Shown piece after piece: positions 31,603 to 43,332 of a stretch of DNA of 64,000 nucleotides (within the stretch, counting starts at the first letter, position 1; the number at the start of each line of letters is the position of its first letter). The stretch comes from Alphaproteobacteria bacterium. Its GTDB lineage: Bacteria > Pseudomonadota > Alphaproteobacteria > SP197. Under the pieces are notes generated by a model, which saw only the letters and a program-made list of their open reading frames with translations, was not told where the DNA came from and ran no database searches. The stretch is from NCBI GenBank assembly GCA_964291415.2, contig OZ219920.1, forward strand, positions 832,001 through 896,000, given 5' to 3'. A program made the position numbers and the translations under genes.

Positions 31603-32682
31603 ATGGTGAGAAGTGGCCCACAACTTCAGGTGGTGGAAGGAACCGGTATGGACAGGAACAGGGCGCTCGAGGCAGCGGTAAGCCAGATCGACAAGGCCTT
31701 TGGCAAGGGCTCGATCATGCGCCTCGGACAGGACGGCCAGACCGTCGAAACGGAAGTGATCTCGTCGGGATCCGTGGGCCTTGATATCGCACTGGGTATC
31801 GGCGGGCTGCCACGGGGAAGGATTGTCGAGATCTACGGACCGGAAAGCTCCGGGAAGACGACGCTTGCCCTGCATGCCGTCGCCGAGGCCCAGAAGGCCG
31901 GTGGAATCGCCACCTTCATCGATGCCGAACACGCCCTTGATCCGACCTATGCGCGCAAGCTCGGCGTCAACACCGATGATCTCCTGATCTCGCAACCCGA
32001 TGCCGGAGAACAGGCTCTCGAGATTGCCGACACCCTCGTGCGCTCGGGCGCGGTCGACGTGCTGGTCATCGACTCGGTGGCCGCCCTCGTTCCCAGGGCC
32101 GAACTCGAGGGGGAAATGGGCGATACCCATGTCGGGCTTCAGGCGCGGTTGATGAGCCAGGCCCTGCGCAAGCTGACCTCCACGATCTCCCGGTCCCGTT
32201 GCCTGGTGATTTTCATCAACCAGATCCGCATGAAGATCGGCGTCATGTTCGGCAGCCCCGAGACCACCACCGGCGGCAATGCCCTCAAGTTCTATGCCAC
32301 CGTGCGTCTCGACATCCGCCGCATCGGCCAGATCAAGGATCGCGACCTGGTGATCGGCAACCAGACACGGGTCAAGGTCGTCAAGAACAAGATGGCGCCT
32401 CCCTTCAGGACCGTCGAGTTCGACATCATGTATGGCGAGGGCGTGTCCCGGTCCGGCGAGATCATCGATCTTGGCGTTGGCGCGGGAATCATCGAAAAGT
32501 CCGGTTCGTGGTATTCCTACAACGACCAGCGTATCGGACAGGGGCGCGAGAACGCGAAGGTGTTCCTGCACGACAATCCCGGAATCGCCAACTCCATCGA
32601 GCACGAAGTGCGGGCGAGGGCGGGGCTTGTCGACGAGGACTCGCTCGCCACGTCAGATGACGTGCCGGGCGGGGCGTCCTAG
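31603..32682 (+). CDS. recA: recombinase RecA
   Basis: [28 protein letters not shown]. Confidence 0.99.
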   Translation: MVRSGPQLQVVEGTGMDRNRALEAAVSQIDKAFGKGSIMRLGQDGQTVETEVISSGSVGLDIALGIGGLPRGRIVEIYGPESSGKTTLALHAVAEAQKAGGIATFIDAEHALDPTYARKLGVNTDDLLISQPDAGEQALEIADTLVRSGAVDVLVIDSVAALVPRAELEGEMGDTHVGLQARLMSQALRKLTSTISRSRCLVIFINQIRMKIGVMFGSPETTTGGNALKFYATVRLDIRRIGQIKDRDLVIGNQTRVKVVKNKMAPPFRTVEFDIMYGEGVSRSGEIIDLGVGAGIIEKSGSWYSYNDQRIGQGRENAKVFLHDNPGIANSIEHEVRARAGLVDEDSLATSDDVPGGAS

Positions 32683-32715
32683 GAGTTCGGCGCCGAAGAG
32701 GACGGCAGGCAGGTC

Positions 32716-35349
32716 ATGACCAGCGTCAGCGAGGTCCGTTCCACGTTCCTCGATTTCTTCACGGAACACGACCATGTCGCCGTGCAGTCGAGTCCGCTCG
32801 TGCCGCACAACGACCCGACGCTGCTCTTCACCAATTCCGGCATGGTGCAGTTCAAGAACGTCTTCACCGGAGTCGAGAAGCGTTCCTACAGCCGCGCCAC
32901 CACGGCGCAAAAGTGCGTGCGTGCCGGTGGCAAGCACAACGACCTTGACGTTGTCGGTTTCACGGCCCGCCATCACACGTTCTTCGAGATGCTGGGCAAC
33001 TTTTCGTTCGGCGACTACTTCAAGGACCACGCGATCGAACTCGCCTGGGATCTGGTGACCGGGGTCTTCGGACTCCCCCGCGACCGCCTTCTCATCACGG
33101 TGCATTCCTCCGACGAGGAAGCCGCCTCGCTGTGGCGGCGCGTGGCGGGACTTGGCGATGACCGGATCATCCGGATTCCGACATCGGACAACTTCTGGTC
33201 GATGGGCGATACCGGGCCCTGTGGACCCTGTTCGGAGATCTTCATCGATCAGGGGCCCGAACTCGAGGGCGGGCCGCCAGGCACTGCGGACGAGGATGGT
33301 GACCGTTTCCTCGAATTCTGGAACCTGGTGTTCATGCAGTACGAGCAGGTGAGCGCAGATGAGCGAATCGACCTGCCGAAACCTTCGGTCGACACCGGCA
33401 TGGGTCTCGAGCGGATGGCGGCCGTCCTGCAGGGTGTGAAGAGCAACTTCGACACCGACCTCTTCACCGCCCTGATTTCGGCCTGCGAGGATTGCGTCGG
33501 GGTGACCGCCGGAGAGGAAACGCGGCCCTCGTTCAACGTCATTGCCGATCACCTGCGGGCCTCCTCGTTCCTCATTGCCGATGGCGTCCTTCCCTCCAAC
33601 GAGGGGCGTGGCTACGTCCTGCGCCGGATCATGCGCCGCGCCATGCGCCACGTGCATATTCTGGGCGGCCGGGACCCCGTGATGCATCGGCTGGTGCCCG
33701 TTCTGGCGGCCGAAATGGGGCAGGCATTTCCGGAACTTGTCCGCGCCCAGGCGCTGGTCGCCGAGACGCTGCGTCACGAGGAAGAGCGCTTCCGGACCAT
33801 GCTGGAGAGAGGAACGCGGCTGCTTGCCGAGGAGACCGCGAAACTGCCCGGCGACACCCCGCTTCCGGGAAGCGTCGCCTTCCGGCTCTATGACACCTTC
33901 GGCTTCCCCCTCGACCTGACCGAGGACGCCCTGCGCCGCGATGGCCGCACGGTTGATCGCCAGGGTTTCGAGGACGCCATGGCCGAGCAGCGGGCGAAGG
34001 CCCGCAAGGCCTGGGAAGGCAGCGGCGATGCGGCGGACGGCCCCTTCTGGTACGCCCTCTTCGAACGGTGCGGCGCCACGGAGTTTCTCGGCTACACCAC
34101 CGAGTCCGCCGAGGCGGAGGTGGTCGCTCTCGTCGCGGGCAACAGCGAGGTCGGCAGCGCCGGTCCCGGCGAAGACATCGGCATCGTGGTGAACCAGTCA
34201 CCCTTCTATGCCGAATCGGGAGGGCAGATCGGCGATCAGGGACGCCTTGCGGGGCCTGGAGTCAGCGCCACCATTTCGGATACCCAGAAACGCATTGGCG
34301 ACATGCACCTTCACATGGCGCACATCGAGGAAGGACATCTGTCGCTGGGTGATCATGTGACTCTCACCATCGATGATGACCGGCGCAGGCAGTTGCGTGC
34401 CTCCCATTCGGCGACCCATCTGCTGCACGAGGCCTTGAGACGTCACCTTGGCGATCATGTCACCCAGAAGGGCTCGCTCGTCGCCCCCGACAGGCTGCGC
34501 TTCGATATCAGCCACCCGTCTGCGCTTGGCGAGGACTCGCTGAGGGCGGTCGAGGGCGAGGTCAACCGGATGATCCGGATGAACGCAGCGGTCACCACCC
34601 GGCTGATGACTCCCGACGAAGCCACGCAGGCCGGCGCTCTCGCACTCTTCGGCGAACGCTACGGTGACGAGGTGAGGGTCGTCTCCATGGGCGAGGGAGG
34701 CTGGTCGACGGAACTGTGTGGCGGCACCCATGTTTCGCGCACCGGTGATATCGGCCTCTTCAGAATCGTGGCCGAGAGTGCCGTGGCATCCGGAGTGCGC
34801 CGCATCGAGGCTCTCACGGGCAGTGCGGCGCTTGACCATCTTGGTGAACAGGACCGGCGTTTGCGCCGCCTGGCGCACCAGCTAAAGACGACTCCGGCGG
34901 ATGTCGAGGAACGTGTCAGCCAACTCGTGGCCGACCGCCGGGCATTGGAAAAGGATGTCGCCGTCCTGCGCCAGAAGGTCGCATCCGCCGGAGAGTCCGG
35001 CTCGGCGACTCCGGGCGTACGCGAAATCGCCGGCGTGACCGTGGTCGGGCGCACCCTGGAGGATGTGCCGGGCAGGGAACTGCGGAGCATGGCCGACGGG
35101 ATCAAGCAGCAGATCGGTTCCGGCATCGTCGTCCTCGTGGCGACCGACAACGGCAAGGCTGCCATCGTCACTGGCGTGACCGATGATCTGACCGGACGAT
35201 TCAACGCCATCGATCTGGTCAGGGCCGGGGTCGAGGTTCTGGGCGGAAAGGGTGGCGGCGGCCGTGCCGACATGGCGCAGGGCGGTGGACCCGATGCCTC
35301 CAGGGCAACGGAGGCCCTCCGCAGTATCGAGCAGGTCATCGCAGGCTGA
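32716..35349 (+). CDS. alaS: alanine--tRNA ligase
   Basis: [54 protein letters not shown]. Confidence 0.98.
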   Translation: MTSVSEVRSTFLDFFTEHDHVAVQSSPLVPHNDPTLLFTNSGMVQFKNVFTGVEKRSYSRATTAQKCVRAGGKHNDLDVVGFTARHHTFFEMLGNFSFGDYFKDHAIELAWDLVTGVFGLPRDRLLITVHSSDEEAASLWRRVAGLGDDRIIRIPTSDNFWSMGDTGPCGPCSEIFIDQGPELEGGPPGTADEDGDRFLEFWNLVFMQYEQVSADERIDLPKPSVDTGMGLERMAAVLQGVKSNFDTDLFTALISACEDCVGVTAGEETRPSFNVIADHLRASSFLIADGVLPSNEGRGYVLRRIMRRAMRHVHILGGRDPVMHRLVPVLAAEMGQAFPELVRAQALVAETLRHEEERFRTMLERGTRLLAEETAKLPGDTPLPGSVAFRLYDTFGFPLDLTEDALRRDGRTVDRQGFEDAMAEQRAKARKAWEGSGDAADGPFWYALFERCGATEFLGYTTESAEAEVVALVAGNSEVGSAGPGEDIGIVVNQSPFYAESGGQIGDQGRLAGPGVSATISDTQKRIGDMHLHMAHIEEGHLSLGDHVTLTIDDDRRRQLRASHSATHLLHEALRRHLGDHVTQKGSLVAPDRLRFDISHPSALGEDSLRAVEGEVNRMIRMNAAVTTRLMTPDEATQAGALALFGERYGDEVRVVSMGEGGWSTELCGGTHVSRTGDIGLFRIVAESAVASGVRRIEALTGSAALDHLGEQDRRLRRLAHQLKTTPADVEERVSQLVADRRALEKDVAVLRQKVASAGESGSATPGVREIAGVTVVGRTLEDVPGRELRSMADGIKQQIGSGIVVLVATDNGKAAIVTGVTDDLTGRFNAIDLVRAGVEVLGGKGGGGRADMAQGGGPDASRATEALRSIEQVIAG

Positions 35350-35390
35350 CAGGTGGCAGCGGCTTACTGCCGGCTCGACGCGCAACGATG

Positions 35391-36563
35391 TCAGGGGATG
35401 TCGTTGGCGAGGCCTCGGGGAATCCGTTTCTCGTGATCGTAGAACGGCAATGCCACGATCGTCGCTCCGGATGGTGGGCCATCGAGTGTATCGACGGTGA
35501 CCTCGCGCCCCACCCAGTCGTCGGCCTGCCTGAAGCGCACGAAGGCGATGCCCGATTCCAGATAGGGAGACCAGGCGCCCGCCGTCACCACGCCGACCTG
35601 CCGGTCCTCATGGTAGACACGCGATCCGGCGACAGGCGTGATGCCCGATGCCACCATGCCGAAGAAGCGGGGCTCGCGGGGCGCCGTCCGCAGCGCGGCC
35701 TTGCCGATGAAGTCGGCGTCGCTGTCAAGGTCGACGAAGCGTCCCAATCCTGCGTCGAAGGGCGTCATCGAGGAATCCATGTCGGTCCCGTTGTCCATGA
35801 TGGCGGCTTCGATGCGCCTGACACCCATGCACTCCAGGCTGGCGAACACCATGCCGTGTTGAGCCCCCCTCTCGAGGATCAGGTTGAAGAGCTTCGGCCC
35901 GTCGAAGTCCGGTGACAGGGGATAGAGCTCGAATCCCAGCTCCCCGGTCCAGCCGGTGCGGGATATGAGGAAGGGGTGGCCGTCGATCGTCGAGCGGTGC
36001 ACGGAGAAGTAGGTGAAGGGCGCCTCCGGCACGGTGTCGAGAATGGCAGGCATGGCATCGAGCGCTTTCGGCCCCTGTATCTGCAGCACCCAGGAATCGG
36101 GATCGGTGATGACGACATCAAGACCGCCGGCATGGGCTTCGAGCCAGGGCAGGAACTCGCCATCGGCAAGGACATACCAGAAACGGTCCTCGCCCAGGTT
36201 CATCAGGACGCCGTCCATCAGGATGCCGCCCTGGTGGTTGCAGGCGATGGCGTAGGTGGCGCGGCCCTCGCGCAGCTTCGAGACGTCACGGCAGAACACC
36301 CTCGAGAAGAGTGTCAGGGCGTCCGGACCGGCGATCTCGATGGGGTGTTCCGGCACGTCAAACAGGGCCACACCCCTTCTGAGGTGCCAATAGTCGGCAA
36401 CCGGATCATCAGTCGTGCCAAGAGGATAGAACCGGCGGCTGTAGACCCCCATGAGGAGGTCATCGGTGAGGTAGGCAGGACTCCACGGGGACAAGGCAAA
36501 CCGTTTCGTGCTGATCTTCACCGTGCCATGCGACATGGCATAGATGCTGGCACCGTCGTTCAT
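35391..36563 (-). CDS. GcvT-family aminomethyltransferase/demethylase (DmdA-like fold)
   Basis: VALFDVPE..IEIAGPDA, LQIQGPK, ISRTGWTGELGFE, RRIEA, TPFDAGLG. Confidence 0.85.
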   Translation of the reverse strand: MNDGASIYAMSHGTVKISTKRFALSPWSPAYLTDDLLMGVYSRRFYPLGTTDDPVADYWHLRRGVALFDVPEHPIEIAGPDALTLFSRVFCRDVSKLREGRATYAIACNHQGGILMDGVLMNLGEDRFWYVLADGEFLPWLEAHAGGLDVVITDPDSWVLQIQGPKALDAMPAILDTVPEAPFTYFSVHRSTIDGHPFLISRTGWTGELGFELYPLSPDFDGPKLFNLILERGAQHGMVFASLECMGVRRIEAAIMDNGTDMDSSMTPFDAGLGRFVDLDSDADFIGKAALRTAPREPRFFGMVASGITPVAGSRVYHEDRQVGVVTAGAWSPYLESGIAFVRFRQADDWVGREVTVDTLDGPPSGATIVALPFYDHEKRIPRGLANDIP

Positions 36564-36675
36564 GATCATCTCCGGCGGCGGTATCGCGTGGCGGGCCCTC
36601 ATACCCCCGGGCCCCGATCGAGTCCAGCCGGACGCGGCCCTTGCCGGGTTGACCTGACGCCCTACAATCGGAGCC

Positions 36676-36945
36676 ATGTTCTCGTTCCAGAAACTTGCGG
36701 TCTTTGCCGTCATTCTTGCCGTCCTCTGGCTGGGCTTTCGCTTCGTGCGCAACCTCGAACGCCAGCAGAAGGAGCGCGAGCGCGTGCGGCGCGGGAAACG
36801 GAAATGGTTCGGGCTGGGACCGCGTTCGGCCGGCGAGGTCGAGATGCAGTCCTGCCCGACCTGCCGCAACTGGGTGGCGACGGATGGCCACTGCGGCCGC
36901 AGTGACTGCCCATGGCCGCTTGACCGCCGCACATCCGCTTCATAG
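36676..36945 (+). CDS. small membrane-anchored hypothetical protein with a Cys cluster
   Basis: GGAG RBS; N-terminal TM helix, basic stretch and CPTC..HCGRSDC. Confidence 0.65.
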   Translation: MFSFQKLAVFAVILAVLWLGFRFVRNLERQQKERERVRRGKRKWFGLGPRSAGEVEMQSCPTCRNWVATDGHCGRSDCPWPLDRRTSAS

Positions 36946-36981
36946 TTTCCGGCACCACTTTCCCGGGGAGTTTGACCCGCA

Positions 36982-37854
36982 ATGGGCACGACAGGCCGTG
37001 GTCTGCCGTTTCAGAACCTGATTCTCGAACTCCAGAACTACTGGGCAGACAGGGGATGCGTCATCCTGCAGCCCTACGACATGGAGATGGGCGCCGGGAC
37101 CTTTCACTGGGCGACGACACTCAAGAGTCTCGGACCTCAACCCTGGAAGGCGGCCTATGTCCAGCCATCGAGGCGGCCTGCCGACGGGCGCTTCGGCGAC
37201 AATCCCAACCGCCTCCAGCAGCACTACCAGTTCCAGGTGCTGATGAAGCCGTCTCCGGCGGATTTCCAGGATCTCTATCTGGGCAGTCTGGAGGCGATCG
37301 GCATCGACTTCCTCGACCACGACATCCGCTTCGTCGAAGACGACTGGGAGAGCCCGACACTCGGCGCCTGGGGCCTTGGCTGGGAGGTCTGGTGTGACGG
37401 CATGGAAATCACCCAGTTCACCTACTTCCAGCAGGTCGGTGGCTTTGATTGCCGGCCGGTTCCAGGGGAGCTTACCTATGGGCTCGAACGCCTGGCGATG
37501 TACCTCCAGGGCGTTGACCACTTTCGCGATCTCGACTGGAACGGAGAGGGTATCACCTACGGCGATGTCCATCTGAGATCCGAGAGGGAACAGTCCCGCT
37601 ACAACTTCGAGATGGCGGACGTGGCGATGCTGCACCGTCACTTTGACGATGCCGAATCCTCCTGCATGCACCTTGTCGAGGCCGGACTTGTCATTCCGGC
37701 CTACGATCAGTGCATCCACGCCAGCCACGCCTTCAACATGCTCGAGGCCCGGGGAGTCATCAGTGTCACGGAACGTGCCGCCTTCATAGGCCGTGTGCGC
37801 GACCTTGCGAGAGCCTGTGCGGCGGCCTGGCTCGGACATCCGGAGCCTTCCTGA
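36982..37854 (+). CDS. glyQ: glycine--tRNA ligase alpha subunit
   Basis: [40 protein letters not shown]. Confidence 0.98.
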   Translation: MGTTGRGLPFQNLILELQNYWADRGCVILQPYDMEMGAGTFHWATTLKSLGPQPWKAAYVQPSRRPADGRFGDNPNRLQQHYQFQVLMKPSPADFQDLYLGSLEAIGIDFLDHDIRFVEDDWESPTLGAWGLGWEVWCDGMEITQFTYFQQVGGFDCRPVPGELTYGLERLAMYLQGVDHFRDLDWNGEGITYGDVHLRSEREQSRYNFEMADVAMLHRHFDDAESSCMHLVEAGLVIPAYDQCIHASHAFNMLEARGVISVTERAAFIGRVRDLARACAAAWLGHPEPS

Positions 37855-37857
37855 ACC

Positions 37858-39906
37858 GTGGCCGACTTTCTTCTCGAAATCCTGTCCGAGGAGATCCCCG
37901 CATCGATGCAGCGGGGGGCGCTGGAGCGCTTGGGCGACCTCCTGGAGCAGCGCCTTGCCGACGAGGATCTCAAGGCCTCTTCGAGGCGCGCCCATGTGTC
38001 GCCACGGCGCATGGTTGTCCATCTCGAGGGGCTGCCGGAGTGTCAGCCGTCATTCGAGACGGAACGCAAGGGTCCGAGGGTCGGCGCACCGACCCCGGCG
38101 GTCTCCGGCTTTGCCCGCTCGGCCGGAGTCGGGACAGACGACCTCGTTCGCCGCACAACGGCGAAAGGCGAATTCTGGTTCGCGGTCGCCCGCAAGGGAG
38201 GGCAGGCCACCGCCGACGTGCTGGCACGCATCGTCCCTGAGGCGATGACGGCCCTTGCGTGGCCGAAGTCCATGCGCTGGGCCGACGGCGAAACGCGCTG
38301 GATCCGTCCCGTGGTGTCGATTCTGGCCCTCTTTGCCGGGGATGTCGTGCCCTTCCGCTTCGCTGGTTGCGAATCGGGCGCCATGACCCGGGGCCATCGC
38401 TTCCTTCATCCGGCACCCTTCGAGGTCCGCAGTTACGCCGACTACTGCGCCAGGCTGCGTGATGCGCGTGTCGTCCCGGATCACGGCGAACGGCGTCGGC
38501 TGATCGAGGAGGGGGCCCGGGCCGTTGCCGACGATCTCGGGCTCGTCGCCGATGCACCGGCGCGTCTCGTTGGCGAACTCGCCGGTCTCGTCGAGTGGCC
38601 TGTGGTCATGGCTGGCACCTTCGATGATGGATACATGGAGGTCCCGGACGACCTGCTGACCACCGAAATGGTTCACCACCAGCGCTACATCCCCTTGCGC
38701 ACACCATCAGGCAACCTGGCGCCGGGGTTCCTGTTTGTCGCCAACATGGAGGGTCGCGACGGCGGCCGATCCATCAGGGCCGGAAACGAGAGAGTTCTGG
38801 CCGCCCGCCTGGCCGATGGCCGGCATTTCTGGGACCGCGACCTTCGGGTGAGTCTTGAAAGCCGGATCAGCCGCCTGTCGACGGTGGTGTTTCACGCCCG
38901 GCTGGGCACCCTTGAGGAACGGGCCCACCGTCTCAAGGCCCTGGCCGGGTGGCTCGCCCCGGCGATTCCGGGATGCGATCCTGACCATGCAGGTCGGGCA
39001 GCATGGCTTGCCAAGGCGGACCTGGTCAGTGACACCGTGGGAGAGTTTCCGGAACTGCAGGGGATCATGGGGGGCCATCTCGCCAGTGCGGCCGGAGAGG
39101 GCGCCGATGTCGCGCTTGCCATCTCGGAACACTATCGGCCAGCCGGGCCTTCCGATCGCTGTCCATCGGCCCCGGTCAGCGTGGCCGTGGCCATGGCCGA
39201 GAGACTCGACACGCTCGCCGGTTTCTTCGGCATCGGCGAGAGACCATCCGGCTCACGCGATCCCCTTGCCCTGCGTCGCGCTGCGCTCGGCATTGTGCGA
39301 CTCGTCCTCGAGAACGGCCTGCGCCTCGATCTTCTCGAGGCCCTGAAGGCGGCTGGGAACGGCTACGGACGCGATGTTTCCGGCGAGGTCCTTGACTTTG
39401 TGGCCGACCGCCTCAGGGTTCACCTGCGGGAGCGCCAGCTGGGGCATCACCTGATTGACGCAGCGTTCTCCGGCACCCGGGACGGCGACCTCGTGCGCCT
39501 CGTGAGGCGAATCGAGGCTCTCGACTCGTTCCTTGAATCGCCGGACGGCGGCGACCTTCTCGAGGCCTATCGGCGCGCCGCCAACATCTTGCGTATCGAG
39601 GAGGCGAAGGACGGCTGCACCTTCACCGGCGACATCAGCCGGAACCTGTTGCGCGAAGAGGCCGAGAGGACGGTCGTGACGGCTCTTGAGATGGCGGATG
39701 CAGCCATGGCGGACACCCTCGCTGCTGAGGACTATGCCGGTGCCATGGAAGCCCTCGCATCACTGCGGTCACCTCTGGGGGATTTCTTCGATTCGGTCAC
39801 CGTCAATGCCGATGATCCTTCCTTGCGGGAAAACCGTCTCAACCTGCTTGGGCACATCCGTGCATCCATGGACCGTGTTGCCGACTTTTCGAGGATCGGG
39901 GGCTGA
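37858..39906 (+). CDS. glyS: glycine--tRNA ligase beta subunit
   Basis: LLEILSEEIP, WPKSMRW, GEFPELQGIMG, RENRLNLL. Confidence 0.96.
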   Translation: MADFLLEILSEEIPASMQRGALERLGDLLEQRLADEDLKASSRRAHVSPRRMVVHLEGLPECQPSFETERKGPRVGAPTPAVSGFARSAGVGTDDLVRRTTAKGEFWFAVARKGGQATADVLARIVPEAMTALAWPKSMRWADGETRWIRPVVSILALFAGDVVPFRFAGCESGAMTRGHRFLHPAPFEVRSYADYCARLRDARVVPDHGERRRLIEEGARAVADDLGLVADAPARLVGELAGLVEWPVVMAGTFDDGYMEVPDDLLTTEMVHHQRYIPLRTPSGNLAPGFLFVANMEGRDGGRSIRAGNERVLAARLADGRHFWDRDLRVSLESRISRLSTVVFHARLGTLEERAHRLKALAGWLAPAIPGCDPDHAGRAAWLAKADLVSDTVGEFPELQGIMGGHLASAAGEGADVALAISEHYRPAGPSDRCPSAPVSVAVAMAERLDTLAGFFGIGERPSGSRDPLALRRAALGIVRLVLENGLRLDLLEALKAAGNGYGRDVSGEVLDFVADRLRVHLRERQLGHHLIDAAFSGTRDGDLVRLVRRIEALDSFLESPDGGDLLEAYRRAANILRIEEAKDGCTFTGDISRNLLREEAERTVVTALEMADAAMADTLAAEDYAGAMEALASLRSPLGDFFDSVTVNADDPSLRENRLNLLGHIRASMDRVADFSRIGG

Positions 39907-42567
39907 ATGACTGAGTCCCGAGTCTACTCCTTTGGTCCTCGAGGCGCGGACGGCACCGCGTCGATGCGCACCCTGCTCGGTGGCAAGGGTGCCAATCTTG
40001 CGGAAATGGCTGCTCTCGGCCTTCCCGTGCCGCCCGGTTTCACAATCACCACCGAGGTCTGCGCGGCGTTTCTCGCCGATGGCGCCCTTGACCTCTCCGG
40101 GGATGTTGCGAGGGATGCGAGGGAAGCCCTCCATGACATCGAGACGCAGATGGGGCGGCACTTTGGCAGTGCTGCCGATCCATTGCTGCTGTCCGTACGC
40201 TCGGGCGCACCGGCCTCCATGCCCGGCATGATGGACACGGTTCTCAATCTTGGGCTCAACGACACCACCGTGGAGGGTCTCGCCAAGGCCAGTGGCAGCG
40301 ACCGCTTCGCCTGGGACAGCTATCGCCGGTTCATCCAGATGTACTGCGGGGTCGTTCTGGACCTCGATCATGGCGATTTCGAGGACATCCTGGATGAGGT
40401 CAAGGATGAGGAAGGAATCAGCGACGACTCGGACCTGTCTGCCGCTTCCCTGAAGGAAGTCGTCGCGCGCTTCCGGCACCATGCGCAAACACGTCTTCAG
40501 GAACCGTTCCCCGAGGATCCCTTCGAGCAATTGTGGGGCGCCGTGCGCGCCGTGTTCCGGTCATGGAACAACCGGCGGGCGATTGACTACCGGCGAATTC
40601 ACGGAATCCCCGACACTCCCGGAACGGCTGTCAACGTGCAGGCGATGGTGTTCGGCAACATGGGCGAGGATTGTGCCACCGGTGTGGCGTTTACGCGCAA
40701 CCCGGATACCGGTGTGCGAACACCGTTCGGAGAGTATCTCGCCAATGCACAAGGCGAGGATGTCGTGGCCGGCCTGAGAACACCCTGGCCGATCGCATCA
40801 GCCGGTGACGGTACCTCGCTCGAGGAGAGGATGCCGGGTGCCTGGAGCGAGCTGGTGGACGTCATGGACCGCCTGGAGCAGCACTTTCGCGACATGCAGG
40901 ATGTCGAGTTCACCATTGAGCGCCACCGTCTCTTCATGCTCCAGACCCGCAACGCCAAGCGCAGTGTGCAGGCGGCGATGAAGGTGGCTGTCGATATGGC
41001 CGCAGAGGGACTGATCACGCGTCAGGAATCACTGATGAGAATCGATCCCCGTGATCTCGATCGTCTGCTTCACCCGGTTCCTGATCCGCGCGCTCCACGC
41101 CACGTGATTGCCCGCGGTCTTCCCGGATCTCCCGGCGCGGCCTCGGGCATGGCGGTCTTCCACGCCGACGACGCCCAGGCGCTCGGTGCCGAGGGCAAGG
41201 CCGTTATCCTGGTTCGTCCCGAAACCAGTCCGGAAGATATCCATGGCATGCACGCCGCCCGCGGCATCCTGACCCGCCATGGCGGCCAGACCTCCCATGC
41301 TGCGCTGGTGGCCCGAGGCATGGGGCGCCCATGCGTGACCGGTGCCGGCGGGATCCGGGTCGACCCCGGCCGGGACCTCCTGGTGGCCGGTGACGTGACG
41401 GTCAGGAAGGGCGACATCATCACCATCGACGGCTCCACCGGCGAGGTGATCGCAGGCGAGATTCCGACCCGGCAGCCGAAACAATCCGGAGAGTTCGAGA
41501 TCTTCATGGCGTGGGCCGACGAGGCGAGAACCCTGGGTGTGAGGGCCAATGCCGAGACACCGGCCGATGCGGCGAGAGCGAGGGAGTTCGGCGCCGATGG
41601 CATCGGTCTTTGCCGGACGGAGCACATGTTCTTCGAGGACGGCCGCATCATCGCCATGCGCGAGATGATCATGGCAGAGGATATCGAGGGTCGACGCCGC
41701 CCGCTCGAGAGGATCCTGCCCATGCAGCGGGCGGATTTTGTCGAGCTGTTTCGCACGATGGCGGGTCTGCCCGTGACCGTGCGCCTTCTTGACCCGCCAC
41801 TGCACGAATTCCTGCCGACAGGTTTGCGGGAACTCGAGGAACTGGCGCGCCATACCGGGACCGATGTCGAGCACGTGCGGCTGCGCGCCGCGTCGTTGAG
41901 GGAACTCAACCCCATGCTGGGGCATCGTGGATGCCGACTCGGCATCTCCCATCCGGAAATCTACGAAATGCAGACTCGCGCCATTCTCGAGGCGGCTCTC
42001 GAGGCCGGACGCGCCGAGGGTGAGCCGGTGCATCTTGAAATCATGGTGCCGCTGGTTGCCACAGGACGCGAACTTGCCATCATCCGCGAGGCGATTGACG
42101 ACGTGGCGGCGGCTGTCGCGGCTGAGACCGGCGAGCGTCCGCACTATCAGGTGGGAACCATGATCGAGTTGCCCCGCGCCGCCCTTCAGGCCGGTGACAT
42201 TGCCCGCTCGGCCGATTTCTTCAGCTTCGGAACCAATGACCTGACGCAGACCGTGTTCGGCATCAGCCGCGACGACTCGGGCCGCTTCATCGAACGCTAC
42301 CTTGAGGAAGGCATTTTCGCCGAAGATCCTTTCGTCACTCTCGATACGGAGGGCGTCGGGGAGTTCGTGGCGCTTGCCAGCCATCGGGGAAGGCGGACGA
42401 GGGGTGACCTCGGACTGGGCATCTGCGGCGAGCACGGAGGCGATCCCGCCTCCATAGCATTCTGTCACCGGGAAGGGCTCGACTACGTGTCGTGTTCTCC
42501 CTACCGGATCCCAATCGCCCGTCTGGCGGCGGCGCAGGCGGCCTTAACGGAGCAGGACTCATCATGA
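39907..42567 (+). CDS. ppdK: pyruvate, phosphate dikinase
   Basis: LGGKGANLAEM, GGQTSHAA (phospho-His), GLCRTEHMF, YVSCSPYRIP. Confidence 0.98.
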   Translation: MTESRVYSFGPRGADGTASMRTLLGGKGANLAEMAALGLPVPPGFTITTEVCAAFLADGALDLSGDVARDAREALHDIETQMGRHFGSAADPLLLSVRSGAPASMPGMMDTVLNLGLNDTTVEGLAKASGSDRFAWDSYRRFIQMYCGVVLDLDHGDFEDILDEVKDEEGISDDSDLSAASLKEVVARFRHHAQTRLQEPFPEDPFEQLWGAVRAVFRSWNNRRAIDYRRIHGIPDTPGTAVNVQAMVFGNMGEDCATGVAFTRNPDTGVRTPFGEYLANAQGEDVVAGLRTPWPIASAGDGTSLEERMPGAWSELVDVMDRLEQHFRDMQDVEFTIERHRLFMLQTRNAKRSVQAAMKVAVDMAAEGLITRQESLMRIDPRDLDRLLHPVPDPRAPRHVIARGLPGSPGAASGMAVFHADDAQALGAEGKAVILVRPETSPEDIHGMHAARGILTRHGGQTSHAALVARGMGRPCVTGAGGIRVDPGRDLLVAGDVTVRKGDIITIDGSTGEVIAGEIPTRQPKQSGEFEIFMAWADEARTLGVRANAETPADAARAREFGADGIGLCRTEHMFFEDGRIIAMREMIMAEDIEGRRRPLERILPMQRADFVELFRTMAGLPVTVRLLDPPLHEFLPTGLRELEELARHTGTDVEHVRLRAASLRELNPMLGHRGCRLGISHPEIYEMQTRAILEAALEAGRAEGEPVHLEIMVPLVATGRELAIIREAIDDVAAAVAAETGERPHYQVGTMIELPRAALQAGDIARSADFFSFGTNDLTQTVFGISRDDSGRFIERYLEEGIFAEDPFVTLDTEGVGEFVALASHRGRRTRGDLGLGICGEHGGDPASIAFCHREGLDYVSCSPYRIPIARLAAAQAALTEQDSS

Positions 42568-43268
42568 AGTACCAGGCATTGTCCTTCGATTGCTACGGCA
42601 CCCTGATCGACTGGGAGAGCGGAATCGCGGAATGGTTGAGCGCCTGGGCACAACGCAATGGACTTGATGTCCCGGGAGAGGAGCTGGTCCGCCGCCTGTT
42701 CGATGCGCAGGTCGTCGAGCAAAGGCGCGATCCGTTCCGCTCCTATCGCAGTGTTCTCTCCCACTCCCTCGCGAGTCTCTCCGAGTCCTGCGGCATTCCG
42801 GCAGACGAGGATGCGTGCGCCCGGTTTGCGCAGAGTGTCGGTGACTGGCCGGCCTTCGATGATTCAGCGCGCTCCCTCGAAGCGCTGGCGAGCCAGGGGC
42901 GAATCCTGTGCGTGATCTCCAATGTCGACCGTGACCTCTTTGCCGGCAGTGCGGCGCGGCTCGAGCGGGAGTTCGACATTCTCATTACCGCCGACGACAT
43001 CAAGGGCTACAAGCCCGGTCCGCGTCACTTCGATACTCTCGTTGCCCGCCTCGGGGAACGGGGACTGGGTGAGGATGATCTGCTTCACGTCGCCCATAGC
43101 CGGTTCCATGACATCGTGCCGGCAAACGCCCGGGGCTGGACGAGTTGCCGGGTGGCGCGCCACGGCGACAGGTGGGCCCCGGAAGGGGCCGATGCCATCG
43201 AGGGAACATTTGCCGTTCCCCACATGAGGGACGTCGTTGACCTCCTCGAGCGAATCGATCCCGCCTGA
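42564..43268 (+). CDS. HAD-superfamily hydrolase (haloacid dehalogenase type II-like)
   Basis: FDCYGTLIDWE, ISNVD, GYKP, HVAHSRFHDI. Confidence 0.88.
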   Translation: MKYQALSFDCYGTLIDWESGIAEWLSAWAQRNGLDVPGEELVRRLFDAQVVEQRRDPFRSYRSVLSHSLASLSESCGIPADEDACARFAQSVGDWPAFDDSARSLEALASQGRILCVISNVDRDLFAGSAARLEREFDILITADDIKGYKPGPRHFDTLVARLGERGLGEDDLLHVAHSRFHDIVPANARGWTSCRVARHGDRWAPEGADAIEGTFAVPHMRDVVDLLERIDPA

Positions 43269-43332
43269 CCGGCCCTCCAGGGGGGCCGTGGAACTCGCAC
43301 GGTGGGCCAGTGCTCGCGACCGGGCCTGAGAT

